Shown: positions 37,198-47,813 of the stretch, piece by piece | Layout of the letters: each line of letters begins with the position of its first letter | Position numbering within the stretch: position 1 is the stretch's first letter | Origin: Candidatus Poribacteria bacterium | Lineage (GTDB): Bacteria > Poribacteria > WGA-4E > WGA-3G | Length of the DNA stretch: 64,000 nt | Assembly: GCA_965214095.1 (NCBI GenBank) | Contig: OZ243938.1 | Span: forward strand, 2,784,001 to 2,848,000 | Reading direction: 5' to 3' | Made by a program: the position numbers and the translations under genes | The notes under the pieces: generated by a model | Database searches by the model: none | Told to the model about the DNA's origin: nothing | What the model saw: only the letters and a program-made list of their open reading frames with translations

Positions 37198-40100
37198 TTA
37201 CTTCGCTAAAGATTCGTAGTAGTTATCGACGAGTTTACGATATTCGGGTGGAACATCTTCTTTTGCGACTTGAGTCAGTTGTTTTTTCTCTTGAAGCATG
37301 TTGAGACGTTTTTCTAATGCTTCCTCCAATTTTCTCAGGTCACGTATAGCGAATTCATAATTGGGGAAGGGTTGCGAACGTCGTCCTGCTGGCGGCTGCA
37401 TAGAATCGATCATCTCAAGCCATAGTTCTTTTATTTCGCGATTGGATTCTACCCCACCGCGTGGTAAGTCATTTTCATTTTCTCCCTGACCGTTCTGCCC
37501 GGGTTGCTGCCCTTGTTGTGCTTCTTGACCGGGTTGCTGTCCAGGTTGTTGACCTTCTTGTTGTCCTTCTTGACTCGGTTCCTGTCCTTGTTGTCCAGGT
37601 TGTTGACCTTCTTGAGCGTTTTGCATGGCTTGTTGTGCCTCTTGCATCCGTTCCATTAACTGCTGTTGCTGTTCGGCAAGTTGCTGTTGTCGTTGTTGTT
37701 GCTCCGCAGTCTGTTCTTGCCCTTCCATTCCTTCAAGTTCACGTTGAATGTCCTGCATCTGTTCTTCAAAACTCTGAAGTTGATCCAGTGCAGCTTCCAA
37801 TTGTTCCTCTTCATTTGTTGCCATATTGGCTCGTGCCTGTTGAAGATCTGCTTGTGTCTCTTGAAGCGTTTCAAGTACTTCTTGCTGATTCAGATCAGCG
37901 GATTGCAAACTACGCCATTGTAGTGCGCGTTGTGCGGTTGCCATATCTTCCGATGTCTGTTCTTCCGCAAGTCGTCTTGATGCGTCTGAAACATTTTCCG
38001 CCGCCTCTGGATTGTCTTGGTTGAGTTGTTGTTGAAGGTTGCCCAAATCTTCTTCAAGCGATTCTAAGTCGCGTTGCAATTGTCGCTGCTCATTTGCAAG
38101 TTCGGAGGCTTGCCGATAATCATCGGGAGTCATACCCGATTGCTGAGACCTGTTTCTTAACTCCTGTGTTTGTTGTTGAACAACGGATTGTTCCTCTGTC
38201 AACTGTTGGAGTTGTTGGTTGGCTCTTTCAAGAGCGTTTTCGGAGAATTCAGCTGCAGCTCTTTCAAGTTGATCAATAGCTTCCTCAAGTCTTTCCTCAG
38301 CTTTTTCACCCTTCGCGGCACTCATCTGGGGTTGTTGCTGCTCCATCCCTTGTGATGCTTGCTGCATTTGCTCACCTGCTTGTTGCATCGACTGTCCGGC
38401 TTGACTGAGACGTTGTTGTTGAGGATTTTGCGCATTGCCCTGCATTTGGGAAAGTTGTTCTGACATCTGTTGTGCCTGCTGAGATAATTGTTCCTGTTGT
38501 TGGCTATTCTGTTGCATATCACTCGGAGAAGGTTGATCTTGTCTCCCTAATTCTTGACTCTGTTGATTAAGATTTTGTTGTTGTGATAGCATTTCACGTG
38601 CTTGGTCTAACATCTCCTGGGTCTGTTCTTGCATCTCTTGATCAAGTTCTTCCTGATCTTGCTCAAGTTCACTTTCAAGCTCCTCCATTTCAATTTCAAA
38701 GTCCTCAGCGAGTTGAGGTTGACTGGCTCTCGCCTGCATCAGGACTTTAGGTATAGCAAGATTGACTTTATTGAGCAGCTCCAATGCAGCTTGTTCAGGT
38801 GGCATTGCTTCAACAGGTTGGACAGCATTCAAGTTATCTCTCGCTTCACCCATTTTATCAATCGCTTCTTCAAGGTTCATCATGATTTCTGGGTCAACTT
38901 GCATCTCTTGCATCGCCATACTTAACTCATCCGCTACACGTTGTGTTTTATCTTTCAAGTCAGATTGCTTTTTTCCAGTCTGTTTAACGGCAGTACTATA
39001 TTCATCCGTAACCGATGGCGGTTGTGAGTTGATGTGCTTCCAAGTCTCGCGGATGATCTGCTTCTGTGATGCAATTACCTCCAACAAAGGATTTGGCATA
39101 CTTTCTTCAGCTTCAACTTGTCCACCATCTTCAAGCCGCTGATTAAAGGGTTTGATCTCTATGAAGTAAATTTCACTACTCGCTTCACCTGGTCCAGTTA
39201 GTGTGTTATTGTCAATAGCATGTGCATAGTATGAGATCACTTCACCAGGTTCAATATCAAACTCTTCCAAATAGAAGGTATATGTGCCAGACCGCAGATG
39301 TTTTCCAGATCCTACATCAGCATTTTCACCAGTAGATTCTAAAGGGATCTCCTTCAATTCACCTGCACCGATGCGATACATAAGGTTTAACTTATCAACG
39401 CCGAAGTCATCTGTAGCCTCAGCAACGATTTCTACCTCTTCCAATTTTGATGCTTTGACATCGCGTCCGGGTTCTTTGATTACCACTTCAGGGACATTGT
39501 CGGGTAAGGCTTTGATAGTATATTCAATCGGAATTTCATTCTTGAACTCATCAATACAGAAGAGTTCAACAGTATATTTTCCATCTTCACGCACATCTAT
39601 CGTATGTGTAAGAATGTTCCCATCAGCAATGTTCATTTCAACAGATGTAGAAGGATCTGCGTCATCTGTAACATCTTCCGCAATTATGGTTGCCGCTTCT
39701 GAACTTTGCTGGGTGAATGTTGCTTTCTGTATCACTTTATTGGTTGTCATACGGATTTCTGCTGTTGTGCCTACGACTGCTTGTATATCACCACTTCCTT
39801 GCTGCACAACAGGGCCAAGATCTGTATATTCAGGATATACATAAGAGACAGAAATATCTTCAACCCGTGGCATTTCAAACACTTCGACGGTATACCGTTC
39901 AGAGGTGGTTTCATTTGCTACAACATAGTATTCCATGTCGGCTTCTATATTGAATATTTCATAAGCAAACCCGCGTTTGTCCTCGGGGTTCTGCAACATA
40001 TTGATTTCCTGTTTACTTCCTTCACTTTCTGCTGTCGGTGGTGTGTCTTTGTCATAATATGTTAGGACCGCCTTCTCCGCATCCTTGCCCGTAACAACGA

Positions 40101-40749
40101 CCTCAATAGGTAGACTTTTTCCACGCAGGATACGATCATTTCCGGGTGTGACCTTAACTTTTGTCGTCAAAATCGGGTCAGTTTTCTCCCATGGCACAAA
40201 TATTCGCATCAAACTTGTTCGAGTTTCTGATGGAAAAAGAAGGGAAAGCAAACAACACGCCGCAAAGACTAAAAATGCAATACCTACAAATTTACGGGTA
40301 CGACTGTGATCAACCGTTGTTTTGAAATCTATGCCTTTTATACGTTCTGTTGTATCTTCAAGCAACCGTTGTAGCATGTGCGCCTCTATCGGATCATCTG
40401 ATTCACGGGCACCGAATTGGACTGCACTAACAAGTCTGTCTTCAAGATTTGGATGGCTCTGTTCAACGTTCAGAGCGACATCTCGCAGTGTTAGTGATGC
40501 TCTCAAAGGTTGAATTAAATGTTTATAAAGTAGGTAAAGTGTTGCTCCAACTATCCCCGCAAGTAAAACAATGCGTACAGGACTTGGGAGTGGCATCAAC
40601 CAATCAACGACTGATCCTCCGATTAGAATTGCCAAGAGTCCGATCAGCACGATAGCCAAACCTGTCCAGAATAGACTCCGTTTCCATACCCGTCTCGCGT
40701 CCAATATTCTTGCCTGCAGTTCTGCGTAACCTTCTCTTGTGTTCATCAT
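37198..40749 (-). CDS. DUF4175-like membrane protein with long Q/E-rich coiled coil
   Basis: Three N-terminal TMs, DRLVSAVQF, YPEYT, ATDDFGV, Q-rich repeats, C-terminal VPPEYRKLVDNYYESL. Confidence 0.75.
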   Translation of the reverse strand: MMNTREGYAELQARILDARRVWKRSLFWTGLAIVLIGLLAILIGGSVVDWLMPLPSPVRIVLLAGIVGATLYLLYKHLIQPLRASLTLRDVALNVEQSHPNLEDRLVSAVQFGARESDDPIEAHMLQRLLEDTTERIKGIDFKTTVDHSRTRKFVGIAFLVFAACCLLSLLFPSETRTSLMRIFVPWEKTDPILTTKVKVTPGNDRILRGKSLPIEVVVTGKDAEKAVLTYYDKDTPPTAESEGSKQEINMLQNPEDKRGFAYEIFNIEADMEYYVVANETTSERYTVEVFEMPRVEDISVSYVYPEYTDLGPVVQQGSGDIQAVVGTTAEIRMTTNKVIQKATFTQQSSEAATIIAEDVTDDADPSTSVEMNIADGNILTHTIDVREDGKYTVELFCIDEFKNEIPIEYTIKALPDNVPEVVIKEPGRDVKASKLEEVEIVAEATDDFGVDKLNLMYRIGAGELKEIPLESTGENADVGSGKHLRSGTYTFYLEEFDIEPGEVISYYAHAIDNNTLTGPGEASSEIYFIEIKPFNQRLEDGGQVEAEESMPNPLLEVIASQKQIIRETWKHINSQPPSVTDEYSTAVKQTGKKQSDLKDKTQRVADELSMAMQEMQVDPEIMMNLEEAIDKMGEARDNLNAVQPVEAMPPEQAALELLNKVNLAIPKVLMQARASQPQLAEDFEIEMEELESELEQDQEELDQEMQEQTQEMLDQAREMLSQQQNLNQQSQELGRQDQPSPSDMQQNSQQQEQLSQQAQQMSEQLSQMQGNAQNPQQQRLSQAGQSMQQAGEQMQQASQGMEQQQPQMSAAKGEKAEERLEEAIDQLERAAAEFSENALERANQQLQQLTEEQSVVQQQTQELRNRSQQSGMTPDDYRQASELANEQRQLQRDLESLEEDLGNLQQQLNQDNPEAAENVSDASRRLAEEQTSEDMATAQRALQWRSLQSADLNQQEVLETLQETQADLQQARANMATNEEEQLEAALDQLQSFEEQMQDIQRELEGMEGQEQTAEQQQRQQQLAEQQQQLMERMQEAQQAMQNAQEGQQPGQQGQEPSQEGQQEGQQPGQQPGQEAQQGQQPGQNGQGENENDLPRGGVESNREIKELWLEMIDSMQPPAGRRSQPFPNYEFAIRDLRKLEEALEKRLNMLQEKKQLTQVAKEDVPPEYRKLVDNYYESLAK

Positions 40750-41009
40750 TACTCCTCTGTTCTTATCCGATTTTGGGATGAAATAAAATATCCTAAGTTT
40801 ACGTCAATTGGATTTATGACCTTATGTATTAGACTGATATGTTACAAAAATGTTTTTAGAAAGTAGAACTGATGTACTCTCAATACAAATCAAGGTTTTC
40901 TATCTAATATAACAAATTATCTATTAATATAGCAAGGATATTTTGATATCAGCGTAATTCAATTGTCGCGATTACCGAGTGTTGGATATTGACAATTGAT
41001 TCTATTTAC

Positions 41010-43070
41010 TTATTCTCTGGTTTGCTTTACCTTAATCACTACAAGCGTTACATCATCTTCAGACGGTCTTCCGCGTGCCCATTTAGTACTTGCCTTAAAG
41101 AGGTGTTCAATAATTTCCTTTGGAGATTCATCTGCTACTTCTGTGAACAACTCTTTCGTTTTTGGATAATCTAACATCTCATCTTTGTGATTCAACATTT
41201 CTGGCAAGCCGTCACTCATTAGTAAGACAGTATCTCCAGCTTGAAGTTCAAACGACACTTCTTCACGTTCAGAACCAATACCTCCACCTAACGGCATTCC
41301 TTCAAGCAGTATTTCCTCAACAGTATCTTCGTTTGCATGATAGAGCAAAACAGGTGGCATCCCCGCTCCCGTCAGTGTCATTTTATTCTCCTCAAAAGTA
41401 GCGAGTGTCATTGCCATATACAGCCTTTTAAGATTCATGCTCTTAACACCTTGTGAGATGCGTTCAAGCGTCTCAGCATTTCCTGTTCCTGGTCTTGTAG
41501 TCTTGAAAAGGCTTTTGACAGCGGAAACAACGAGCCCCGCATTCATGCCGTGTCCAGTTGCATCTCCGATTGCAATCGTAAGTTTACCATCTTCTGTTAG
41601 GTTGTAGTCGTAATAATCTCCACCTACTTCTGTTGCGGGATGCATTTCAAAGTCAACATCAAGGTGAGATATATCCGGTGCTGCTTGTGGTAACATTGAC
41701 ATCTGTAGTTCACGGGCAGCTTCCAATTCCTCAGTTTTGCGAGTGTTTTCTACTTCCAAGAGTTGACGTTCAAGTTCTTCAGTTTCAAGTTTACGTCTTG
41801 TGCGGGAGAAGTTTCGTGCAAGATATACCGACATGGAGAAAAGTGGAGCGAGGATTATGATAAGAACTCCCCATTGCCAAGCAATTGTGAATCCTGTTTG
41901 TGCAATAAAAAAACTTAGTGCTATCGGCAGGATAAACGGTGAAAGTGAACCGAGTCCAAATATCCATGCACCATCCTTTTTCTTTACAATGGCAACAAAT
42001 ATAACCCGTGCCATTTCTAACAATGTGAAAATCGTACCCAGTAATAGGAGAAGAGTTGTTAAGCCTGTGTTGAAAGTAAAGGATGTGTTTTTCAGGAAAC
42101 TAATGGTGTAATTATTCACGTCAAACCAACTAACAAAGACAGTGAAAATCCAACCAAACAGCAATAAATAATAGATCTTTGGTCTCTTTGGATAAAAGAG
42201 TTTATACAGAAATAACAATCCGGACAGGAACATTAAGATATATACAAAGATAAGCAGCGTCAGCAGATTTCTAAGTTGAATTGCACTCGTTGCTAATAGA
42301 AAGAATTGGAAGATAAGATAAACAAAGGCACCAATACTGCCAGTTGAAATCGCAAAATATAGATTCTCCTTTGCACGTGGGAAAAAGAGATATAGCAATA
42401 GATGCTGCAGCATGAGAAAAACACAGATCGCAGTCCATACCATCTGTAATGTTGTGCCATGTCGAACAATATCAACACGAACTTTAATGCTTTCTTTCAA
42501 TGGTGCAATCACAAACCAAAAACCGAGAACAGGTAAAGATTGGTATGACGAAACATTTGAATACCTAACTGCGATTACATGGTCGGTCTCTCCAGAAAAT
42601 GTAATCTGCTGTGGGTTACGTTCCCAATACGGTTTCTCATCCTGTTTCTGCGTTGCTACTGACCCGAATTCATAAAGCAACTCACCATCAAGATAGATTT
42701 CAGATGCTCCAGCTTGATATACTATATTTAGAGCCAGTGGGGTATTCCAGAGTCGCTGATCTGGAATTGACAGATGTAGTCTAAACCATCCGATTCCGTT
42801 CCAGTTTTTTTCGAATAGTTCACTTTTTGGCAGGAGTGTGCCGAGGGTACCCATATATTCCCACTCAGAATCATCAAAAGTTGGACTTGCCCACTCAGGA
42901 TTATCACCCATTTGAAACTTCCATGGATAAACTTTAATGCCTGACTTTAATTCATCTGATGTGAGCACAAGTGATTCAGGAATAGAATCGTTGTCTTGCG
43001 CTGGCGCGTGGAAAATGAACATACTCATAATGATTATGAGAAGTAGGGTTAGAATAGACTTGTATTTCAT
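41010..43070 (-). CDS. Membrane sensor PP2C/SpoIIE phosphatase (sugar-binding-like N-domain + 7TM)
   Basis: WKFQMGDNPEWA..FDDSEW, GWFR; about 7 TMs; EVGGDYYD, GDATGHG, SDGL, DDVT. Confidence 0.88.
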   Translation of the reverse strand: MKYKSILTLLLIIIMSMFIFHAPAQDNDSIPESLVLTSDELKSGIKVYPWKFQMGDNPEWASPTFDDSEWEYMGTLGTLLPKSELFEKNWNGIGWFRLHLSIPDQRLWNTPLALNIVYQAGASEIYLDGELLYEFGSVATQKQDEKPYWERNPQQITFSGETDHVIAVRYSNVSSYQSLPVLGFWFVIAPLKESIKVRVDIVRHGTTLQMVWTAICVFLMLQHLLLYLFFPRAKENLYFAISTGSIGAFVYLIFQFFLLATSAIQLRNLLTLLIFVYILMFLSGLLFLYKLFYPKRPKIYYLLLFGWIFTVFVSWFDVNNYTISFLKNTSFTFNTGLTTLLLLLGTIFTLLEMARVIFVAIVKKKDGAWIFGLGSLSPFILPIALSFFIAQTGFTIAWQWGVLIIILAPLFSMSVYLARNFSRTRRKLETEELERQLLEVENTRKTEELEAARELQMSMLPQAAPDISHLDVDFEMHPATEVGGDYYDYNLTEDGKLTIAIGDATGHGMNAGLVVSAVKSLFKTTRPGTGNAETLERISQGVKSMNLKRLYMAMTLATFEENKMTLTGAGMPPVLLYHANEDTVEEILLEGMPLGGGIGSEREEVSFELQAGDTVLLMSDGLPEMLNHKDEMLDYPKTKELFTEVADESPKEIIEHLFKASTKWARGRPSEDDVTLVVIKVKQTRE

Positions 43071-43177
43071 TATGAATTTGAACGGTGGTGTATATTGTAG
43101 TTTTTCCTTTTATATTACTACGTCTGCGTTGAAATGGCAAGGGTATTTTGGCATGTTGGCAAGTGTAGCAAATTCGG

Positions 43178-43206
43178 TTGATTATTCACGGTCTATATGC
43201 TATTAT
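43178..43206 (+). promoter_or_regulatory. Candidate sigma-70 promoter, near-leaderless, for the DUF488 operon
   Basis: TTGATT-N17-TATTAT, 9 nt before ATG 43216; no SD. Confidence 0.4.
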
Positions 43207-43215
43207 CTTTATATT

Positions 43216-43770
43216 ATGGATAAGAAAACAGACACCATTCCAATTTGGACGATAGGCTACGGAAGCCGTTCCATTTCTGAGTTTATTGATGTCCTTAAGC
43301 AATATGAGATTGCCTATCTTATTGATGTTCGATCGGTCCCACATTCAGGTTATAAGCCAGAATTCTCCAAAAATCAACTTGCCAATGAAGTTGAACAACA
43401 CGGCATTCGTTATGTGTTTATGGGTGACCTGCTCGGTGGGAAACCTGATGATGAATCGTGTTATGTTAACGGAATTGTTGATTATGAGAAGGTTAAGGAG
43501 GCGGAATTCTATCAGCGTGGTATTGAACGTCTACGGACTGCTTGGACGCAACAGCAGCGTGTTGCACTTATGTGTGCTGAGGGGAAGCCAGAACATTGCC
43601 ATCGCACTAAACTTGTCAGTGCTACCCTCACTGATGAAGATTTGCCTGTTGTCCATATTGACGAAAATAGTGAAGAGATGACTCAGGAACAGATCATTGA
43701 TCGGATTACGGGTGGACAGATGAATTTGTTTGGGGATGATATGTTTCACTCGCGTAAGAAGCACAAATAA
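43216..43770 (+). CDS. DUF488-family protein
   Basis: WTIGYG, LIDVRSVP, LLGG, ALMCAE...CHR; start MDKK at 43216 (the track extension overlaps the divergent gene). Confidence 0.85.
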   Translation: MDKKTDTIPIWTIGYGSRSISEFIDVLKQYEIAYLIDVRSVPHSGYKPEFSKNQLANEVEQHGIRYVFMGDLLGGKPDDESCYVNGIVDYEKVKEAEFYQRGIERLRTAWTQQQRVALMCAEGKPEHCHRTKLVSATLTDEDLPVVHIDENSEEMTQEQIIDRITGGQMNLFGDDMFHSRKKHK

Positions 43771-43776
43771 TATATT

Positions 43777-44268
43777 ATGAAAAAGATTAAAGTAGTCACC
43801 ATCGGTGTATACGGTTTTGATGAGACAAGTTTTTTTGACGCACTGTGCAAAGCAAGAGTTGATACCTTCTGCGATATTCGTAGTCGGCGCGGGGTCCGTG
43901 GTTCTACCTATGCATTCGCGAATAGTAAGAGGCTGCAAGCACGGCTTGTTGAACTTGGCATCCGATATATTCATCGTAAAGATCTTGCACCGACGCAATC
44001 TGTCAGAGAGAAACAAGCGGCAGCAGATAAAGCAACGAAAACCGCTAAACGCAAACGGACTGAACTCGGTGAAGTTTTCATTGAAGCATATCGCACTGAA
44101 TGTCTTGATGCATTTGAACCTAAAAGTCTATTTGAGGAATTAGAATCGGATGCTCGGATTGTGGCATTTTTCTGTGTGGAAACTGTCCCAGAGGCATGCC
44201 ACCGCTCATTAGTAGCTGAAAAACTTGCACAAGCATTCAATTGGGAGGTAGAAGATATCTTACCGTGA
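43777..44268 (+). CDS. Second DUF488-family protein
   Basis: VTIGVYG, CDIRSRR, YIHRKDLAP, FFCVE..PEACHRSLVA. Confidence 0.82.
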   Translation: MKKIKVVTIGVYGFDETSFFDALCKARVDTFCDIRSRRGVRGSTYAFANSKRLQARLVELGIRYIHRKDLAPTQSVREKQAAADKATKTAKRKRTELGEVFIEAYRTECLDAFEPKSLFEELESDARIVAFFCVETVPEACHRSLVAEKLAQAFNWEVEDILP

Positions 44269-46766
44269 GAGTATTGATTGTTGCAAAAACACGAATGGGT
44301 AGCGGTGCGTGTATCGGAGGGATAACAGAGATAGGAGAGAGTGTCCGACTCATTCCATTGAATGCTGATCCGCATGATGGTGCAAACAGAGAATATGAGA
44401 TTGGTGATATTTGGGAAATTACTGGTGAGCCAGAAACTTCGCTGATTCCACCACACAATGAGAACTTTGTTGTCCATAGTCAGTTACGACTTTATAGGAC
44501 AGAAGATACGAGAGAATTGATAGGTGCGATTGAACTCTTGATGCCGTCGAAAACAGGAAATCCGTTGAAGTTGTATGAAGGCTTACTGAAAATTACAGAC
44601 AGCGGCTCGCTCTACCTTCCACCGGGAAGTGATGTGCTACCTTACAGCACCATGTTTTGGCGAACAGATAAGGAACTCATCCTTGAAACAGATAAAAAGA
44701 AACTACGTTATCGTTATCCGACTGAAAATGGCGGTTGTACGCTCACTTTTGTCGGCTATCAAGATCCGCCAAGAGCAATTCCAAAAGGTACACTTCTGCG
44801 TGTGTCACTTGCTCATTGGTGGCGACCAGACAACACGTCACACGTTGAACTGCGTTGCTACGTGCAAATTTCCGGATGGTTTTTTGAAGAGGTGGAACCA
44901 GTGCTTCCGGAACCGTCCCGAAAAATGAAACTGCCACCATCTCCGATTTTAACACAAAATCCTTTAGAAATGCTTGAGAATGTTTTTGGGCATGAAGAGT
45001 TTCGTCCACTTCAGAAGGCTATCATTGATAATATCCTCAACAGACAAAATGCCCTGGTTGTTCTACCAACAGGGGGCGGAAAGTCACTCTGCTATCAATT
45101 GCCAGCACTCATTTTTGATGGATTAACTGTGGTTGTTTCTCCACTAATTGCCCTCATGCAAGATCAGGTGATGCAGTTGGAACAGAAAGGAGTCAGTGCA
45201 GCTTTTCTCAACTTTATGATTGAGGAAGAAGAGTATGTGGTCACAATGCATAAGGTCAGACAGGGTGAAATTAAGTTGCTTTATCTTGCCCCTGAAACAC
45301 TTGTTAAGTCTGAAATACTCGTAATGCTTGATGAAGCGAACGTCGCATGCCTTGCGATTGATGAAGCGCACTGCATTTCGCAGTGGGGACACGATTTTCG
45401 TCCAGATTATCGAGAATTAGTCTCCATTCGTCAACGCTTTCCAAACGCTGTTTGTGTGGCACTAACAGCTACAGCTACTCCACGGGTTCAAGATGATATT
45501 AAGCAGTTGTTAGGAATTCATGATGATAACAAGTTTATTGCCAGTTTTGACAGACAAAACCTTTTTATCGCCGTTGAGCCAAGGTTTAATTTACTCGGGC
45601 AAACATTAACATTTCTTAATAAGCATACGAATGGATCTGGTATAATCTACTGTCAAAGGAGAAAACAAGTTGAATCGCTTTATCAGGATTTAGTAGCACA
45701 TGGGATTTCGGCACTGCCCTATCACGCAGGACTTGATGGTGAGACCCGCAAACAAAATCAAGAGGCTTTCATTAATGGTGACACCCGAGTGATAGTTGCT
45801 ACAATTGCGTTTGGGATGGGCATAGATAAAGCAGATGTACGTTGTGTCCTACATGCTGGATTACCAAAGAATCCAGAATCTTATTATCAGGAAATTGGAC
45901 GCGCTGGCAGGGATGAGCTCCGATCAGCATGTCTCTTGTTATTTGATAATGAAGATGCTGAAATTATCAACGATTTCATTGATCAAGGTGCCCCATCTGA
46001 ACGGGAAGGACGACTCAAACGATTACAGACGCTTGTTTCATGGGCGACTTCAACAGAGTGCCGCCGCAAAGAATTGCTAGGCTATTTCGGAGAAGAATAC
46101 GAGACACAGAATTGTGGAATGTGTGACAACTGTTACAATACTGAAATAGAACAGGTTGACTTGACAGAACCAGCGCAAAAATTTCTCTCTGGTGTTTACC
46201 GAACTAATCAGATTTTCGGAGAAGTATATATCATTGATGTTTTAAGAGGTTCACGACGAAAAAAGATTCTTGATAACGAGCATGACAAAATCAAGACCCA
46301 TGGCATTGGCAGAGAGTATAACAAGGACCAATGGCGATATTTGGCACATCAATTCCTCAAACACCAACTGTTAGAGCGAGATTCGCGGTTCGGTAGTCTT
46401 TGTTTAACAAAAAAAGGATGGGACATCCTTAAAAATAGAGAGAAATTTTGGGGACTTCCTGTAGATACAGTAAATCACGTAACCGAAATGGTAAATACTT
46501 ATGAATCAATATCCGAACCAAACCTATCCGCTCCTGAACTTTTCGACCAACTTCGTGCCAAGCGTAAAAGTATAGCAGATCAGGAACGGTTACCAGCATT
46601 CTGTATTTTTCACAACAAAACGTTGCTAACTATGGTGACAGATTTTCCGCAAACCAAAGAAGCCTTTATGCAGATTCGTGGTGTTGGACAAGTGAAAACA
46701 GAAAAGTATGCTGATATTTTCTTGCCGGTTATCCAGGCGTATTGCGAGGAACAGGGAATTGATTGA
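44265..46766 (+). CDS. recQ: RecQ helicase with an extra ~210-aa N-terminal (dual-OB-like) domain
   Basis: GTG start overlapping the upstream TGA; PTGGGKSLCYQ, DEAHCISQWGHDFRP, QEIGRAGRD, Zn-binding CRR...CGMCDNC, RQC and HRDC domains; N-terminus VLIVAKTRMGSGACIGG. Confidence 0.88.
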   Translation: MRVLIVAKTRMGSGACIGGITEIGESVRLIPLNADPHDGANREYEIGDIWEITGEPETSLIPPHNENFVVHSQLRLYRTEDTRELIGAIELLMPSKTGNPLKLYEGLLKITDSGSLYLPPGSDVLPYSTMFWRTDKELILETDKKKLRYRYPTENGGCTLTFVGYQDPPRAIPKGTLLRVSLAHWWRPDNTSHVELRCYVQISGWFFEEVEPVLPEPSRKMKLPPSPILTQNPLEMLENVFGHEEFRPLQKAIIDNILNRQNALVVLPTGGGKSLCYQLPALIFDGLTVVVSPLIALMQDQVMQLEQKGVSAAFLNFMIEEEEYVVTMHKVRQGEIKLLYLAPETLVKSEILVMLDEANVACLAIDEAHCISQWGHDFRPDYRELVSIRQRFPNAVCVALTATATPRVQDDIKQLLGIHDDNKFIASFDRQNLFIAVEPRFNLLGQTLTFLNKHTNGSGIIYCQRRKQVESLYQDLVAHGISALPYHAGLDGETRKQNQEAFINGDTRVIVATIAFGMGIDKADVRCVLHAGLPKNPESYYQEIGRAGRDELRSACLLLFDNEDAEIINDFIDQGAPSEREGRLKRLQTLVSWATSTECRRKELLGYFGEEYETQNCGMCDNCYNTEIEQVDLTEPAQKFLSGVYRTNQIFGEVYIIDVLRGSRRKKILDNEHDKIKTHGIGREYNKDQWRYLAHQFLKHQLLERDSRFGSLCLTKKGWDILKNREKFWGLPVDTVNHVTEMVNTYESISEPNLSAPELFDQLRAKRKSIADQERLPAFCIFHNKTLLTMVTDFPQTKEAFMQIRGVGQVKTEKYADIFLPVIQAYCEEQGID

Positions 46767-46882
46767 AATGCCTCTTTTATTCCGTTTCAGAAGTATTTGG
46801 AACCTTTGAAGGCATTTCCTGCATCATAGGAATAACATAACTCCGAATCGTCAACTCCTCTATCGTCTCCGTAAAGATGTTG

Positions 46883-47803
46883 TTATATGTCTCCAATCTT
46901 CCCCAAAATATACCCAACAGCATCCGATATTTCCTCACGATCAACCCACTCAATACGTGCGTCTTTCCGAAACCATGTCATCTGCCGTTTTGCAAATCGT
47001 CGGGTGTTCTGTTTTAGTTGTTCAACTGCTTCTATATAAGTACATTTCCCATCAAGATACGCAATCAATTCTTTATAGCCAAAACTTTGGAGAGCAAAAT
47101 TATCACGGGAATATCCTGCAGCTAATAACGACTCAACCTCTGCAATCAATCCATTTGCAAGCATTATGTCTACGCGTTGTTCAATGCGGCAGTAAAGTAG
47201 TTCACGTGGCATTGTGAGTCCAAAAGCGATAAATGGATAACGTTGGTTTTCAGGTTTCCATTGCTGCTGGTGTTCAGACATAGGAGTACCTGTTAGTTCA
47301 TAAACTTCAAGCGCACGGATGACGCGGATAACGTTGTTAGGATGGATACGTTCTGCAGATTCTGGATCGCAAGTTCGGAGACGATTATGCAGCACATCAA
47401 CGCCGTGTGCTGATGCTTCCTGCTCAAGTCGTTTACGAAGTGAAGGGTCTGCCGCAGGTCCTTCAAACAAACCATCAACAATGGCGCGGAAATAGAGACC
47501 AGCACCACCAACGAGTAATACTTGTTTACCCCTATTTTGTATATCAGCAATTGCTGTATCTGTGAGGGATTGATAGTCTGCGACAGAGAAAGGTTGTGTG
47601 ATGTCTACACAATCTATGAGGTGGTGCCGTGCTGCTTGTTGTTCTTCGGGAGTAGGTTTGGCGGTCCCGATGTCCATCTGACGATATATCTGTCGGGAAT
47701 CAACGGAGATAATTTCGGCATTGAGACGTTGGGCAAGTTGAATTGCTATTTCAGTTTTGCCAGATGCTGTGGGACCGAGGAGACAGAGGAGTTTCGGTTT
47801 CAT
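46883..47803 (-). CDS. miaA: tRNA dimethylallyltransferase
   Basis: GPTASGKT, DSRQIYRQMDIGTAKP, RRFAKRQMTWF. Confidence 0.96.
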   Translation of the reverse strand: MKPKLLCLLGPTASGKTEIAIQLAQRLNAEIISVDSRQIYRQMDIGTAKPTPEEQQAARHHLIDCVDITQPFSVADYQSLTDTAIADIQNRGKQVLLVGGAGLYFRAIVDGLFEGPAADPSLRKRLEQEASAHGVDVLHNRLRTCDPESAERIHPNNVIRVIRALEVYELTGTPMSEHQQQWKPENQRYPFIAFGLTMPRELLYCRIEQRVDIMLANGLIAEVESLLAAGYSRDNFALQSFGYKELIAYLDGKCTYIEAVEQLKQNTRRFAKRQMTWFRKDARIEWVDREEISDAVGYILGKIGDI

Positions 47804-47813
47804 CTATCAAATG

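Noticed and set aside
37461-40655. Long plus-strand ORFs opposite the Q-rich gene
   Set aside because: Antisense artefacts of CAA/GAA-rich codons
20794-44264. N-terminal extensions in the ORF track (starts 20794, 23349, 26032, 30001, 30869, 37064, 42937, 44241)
   Set aside because: The extensions run through repeats or overlap neighbouring genes; downstream starts have better RBS or coupling and match the family N-termini
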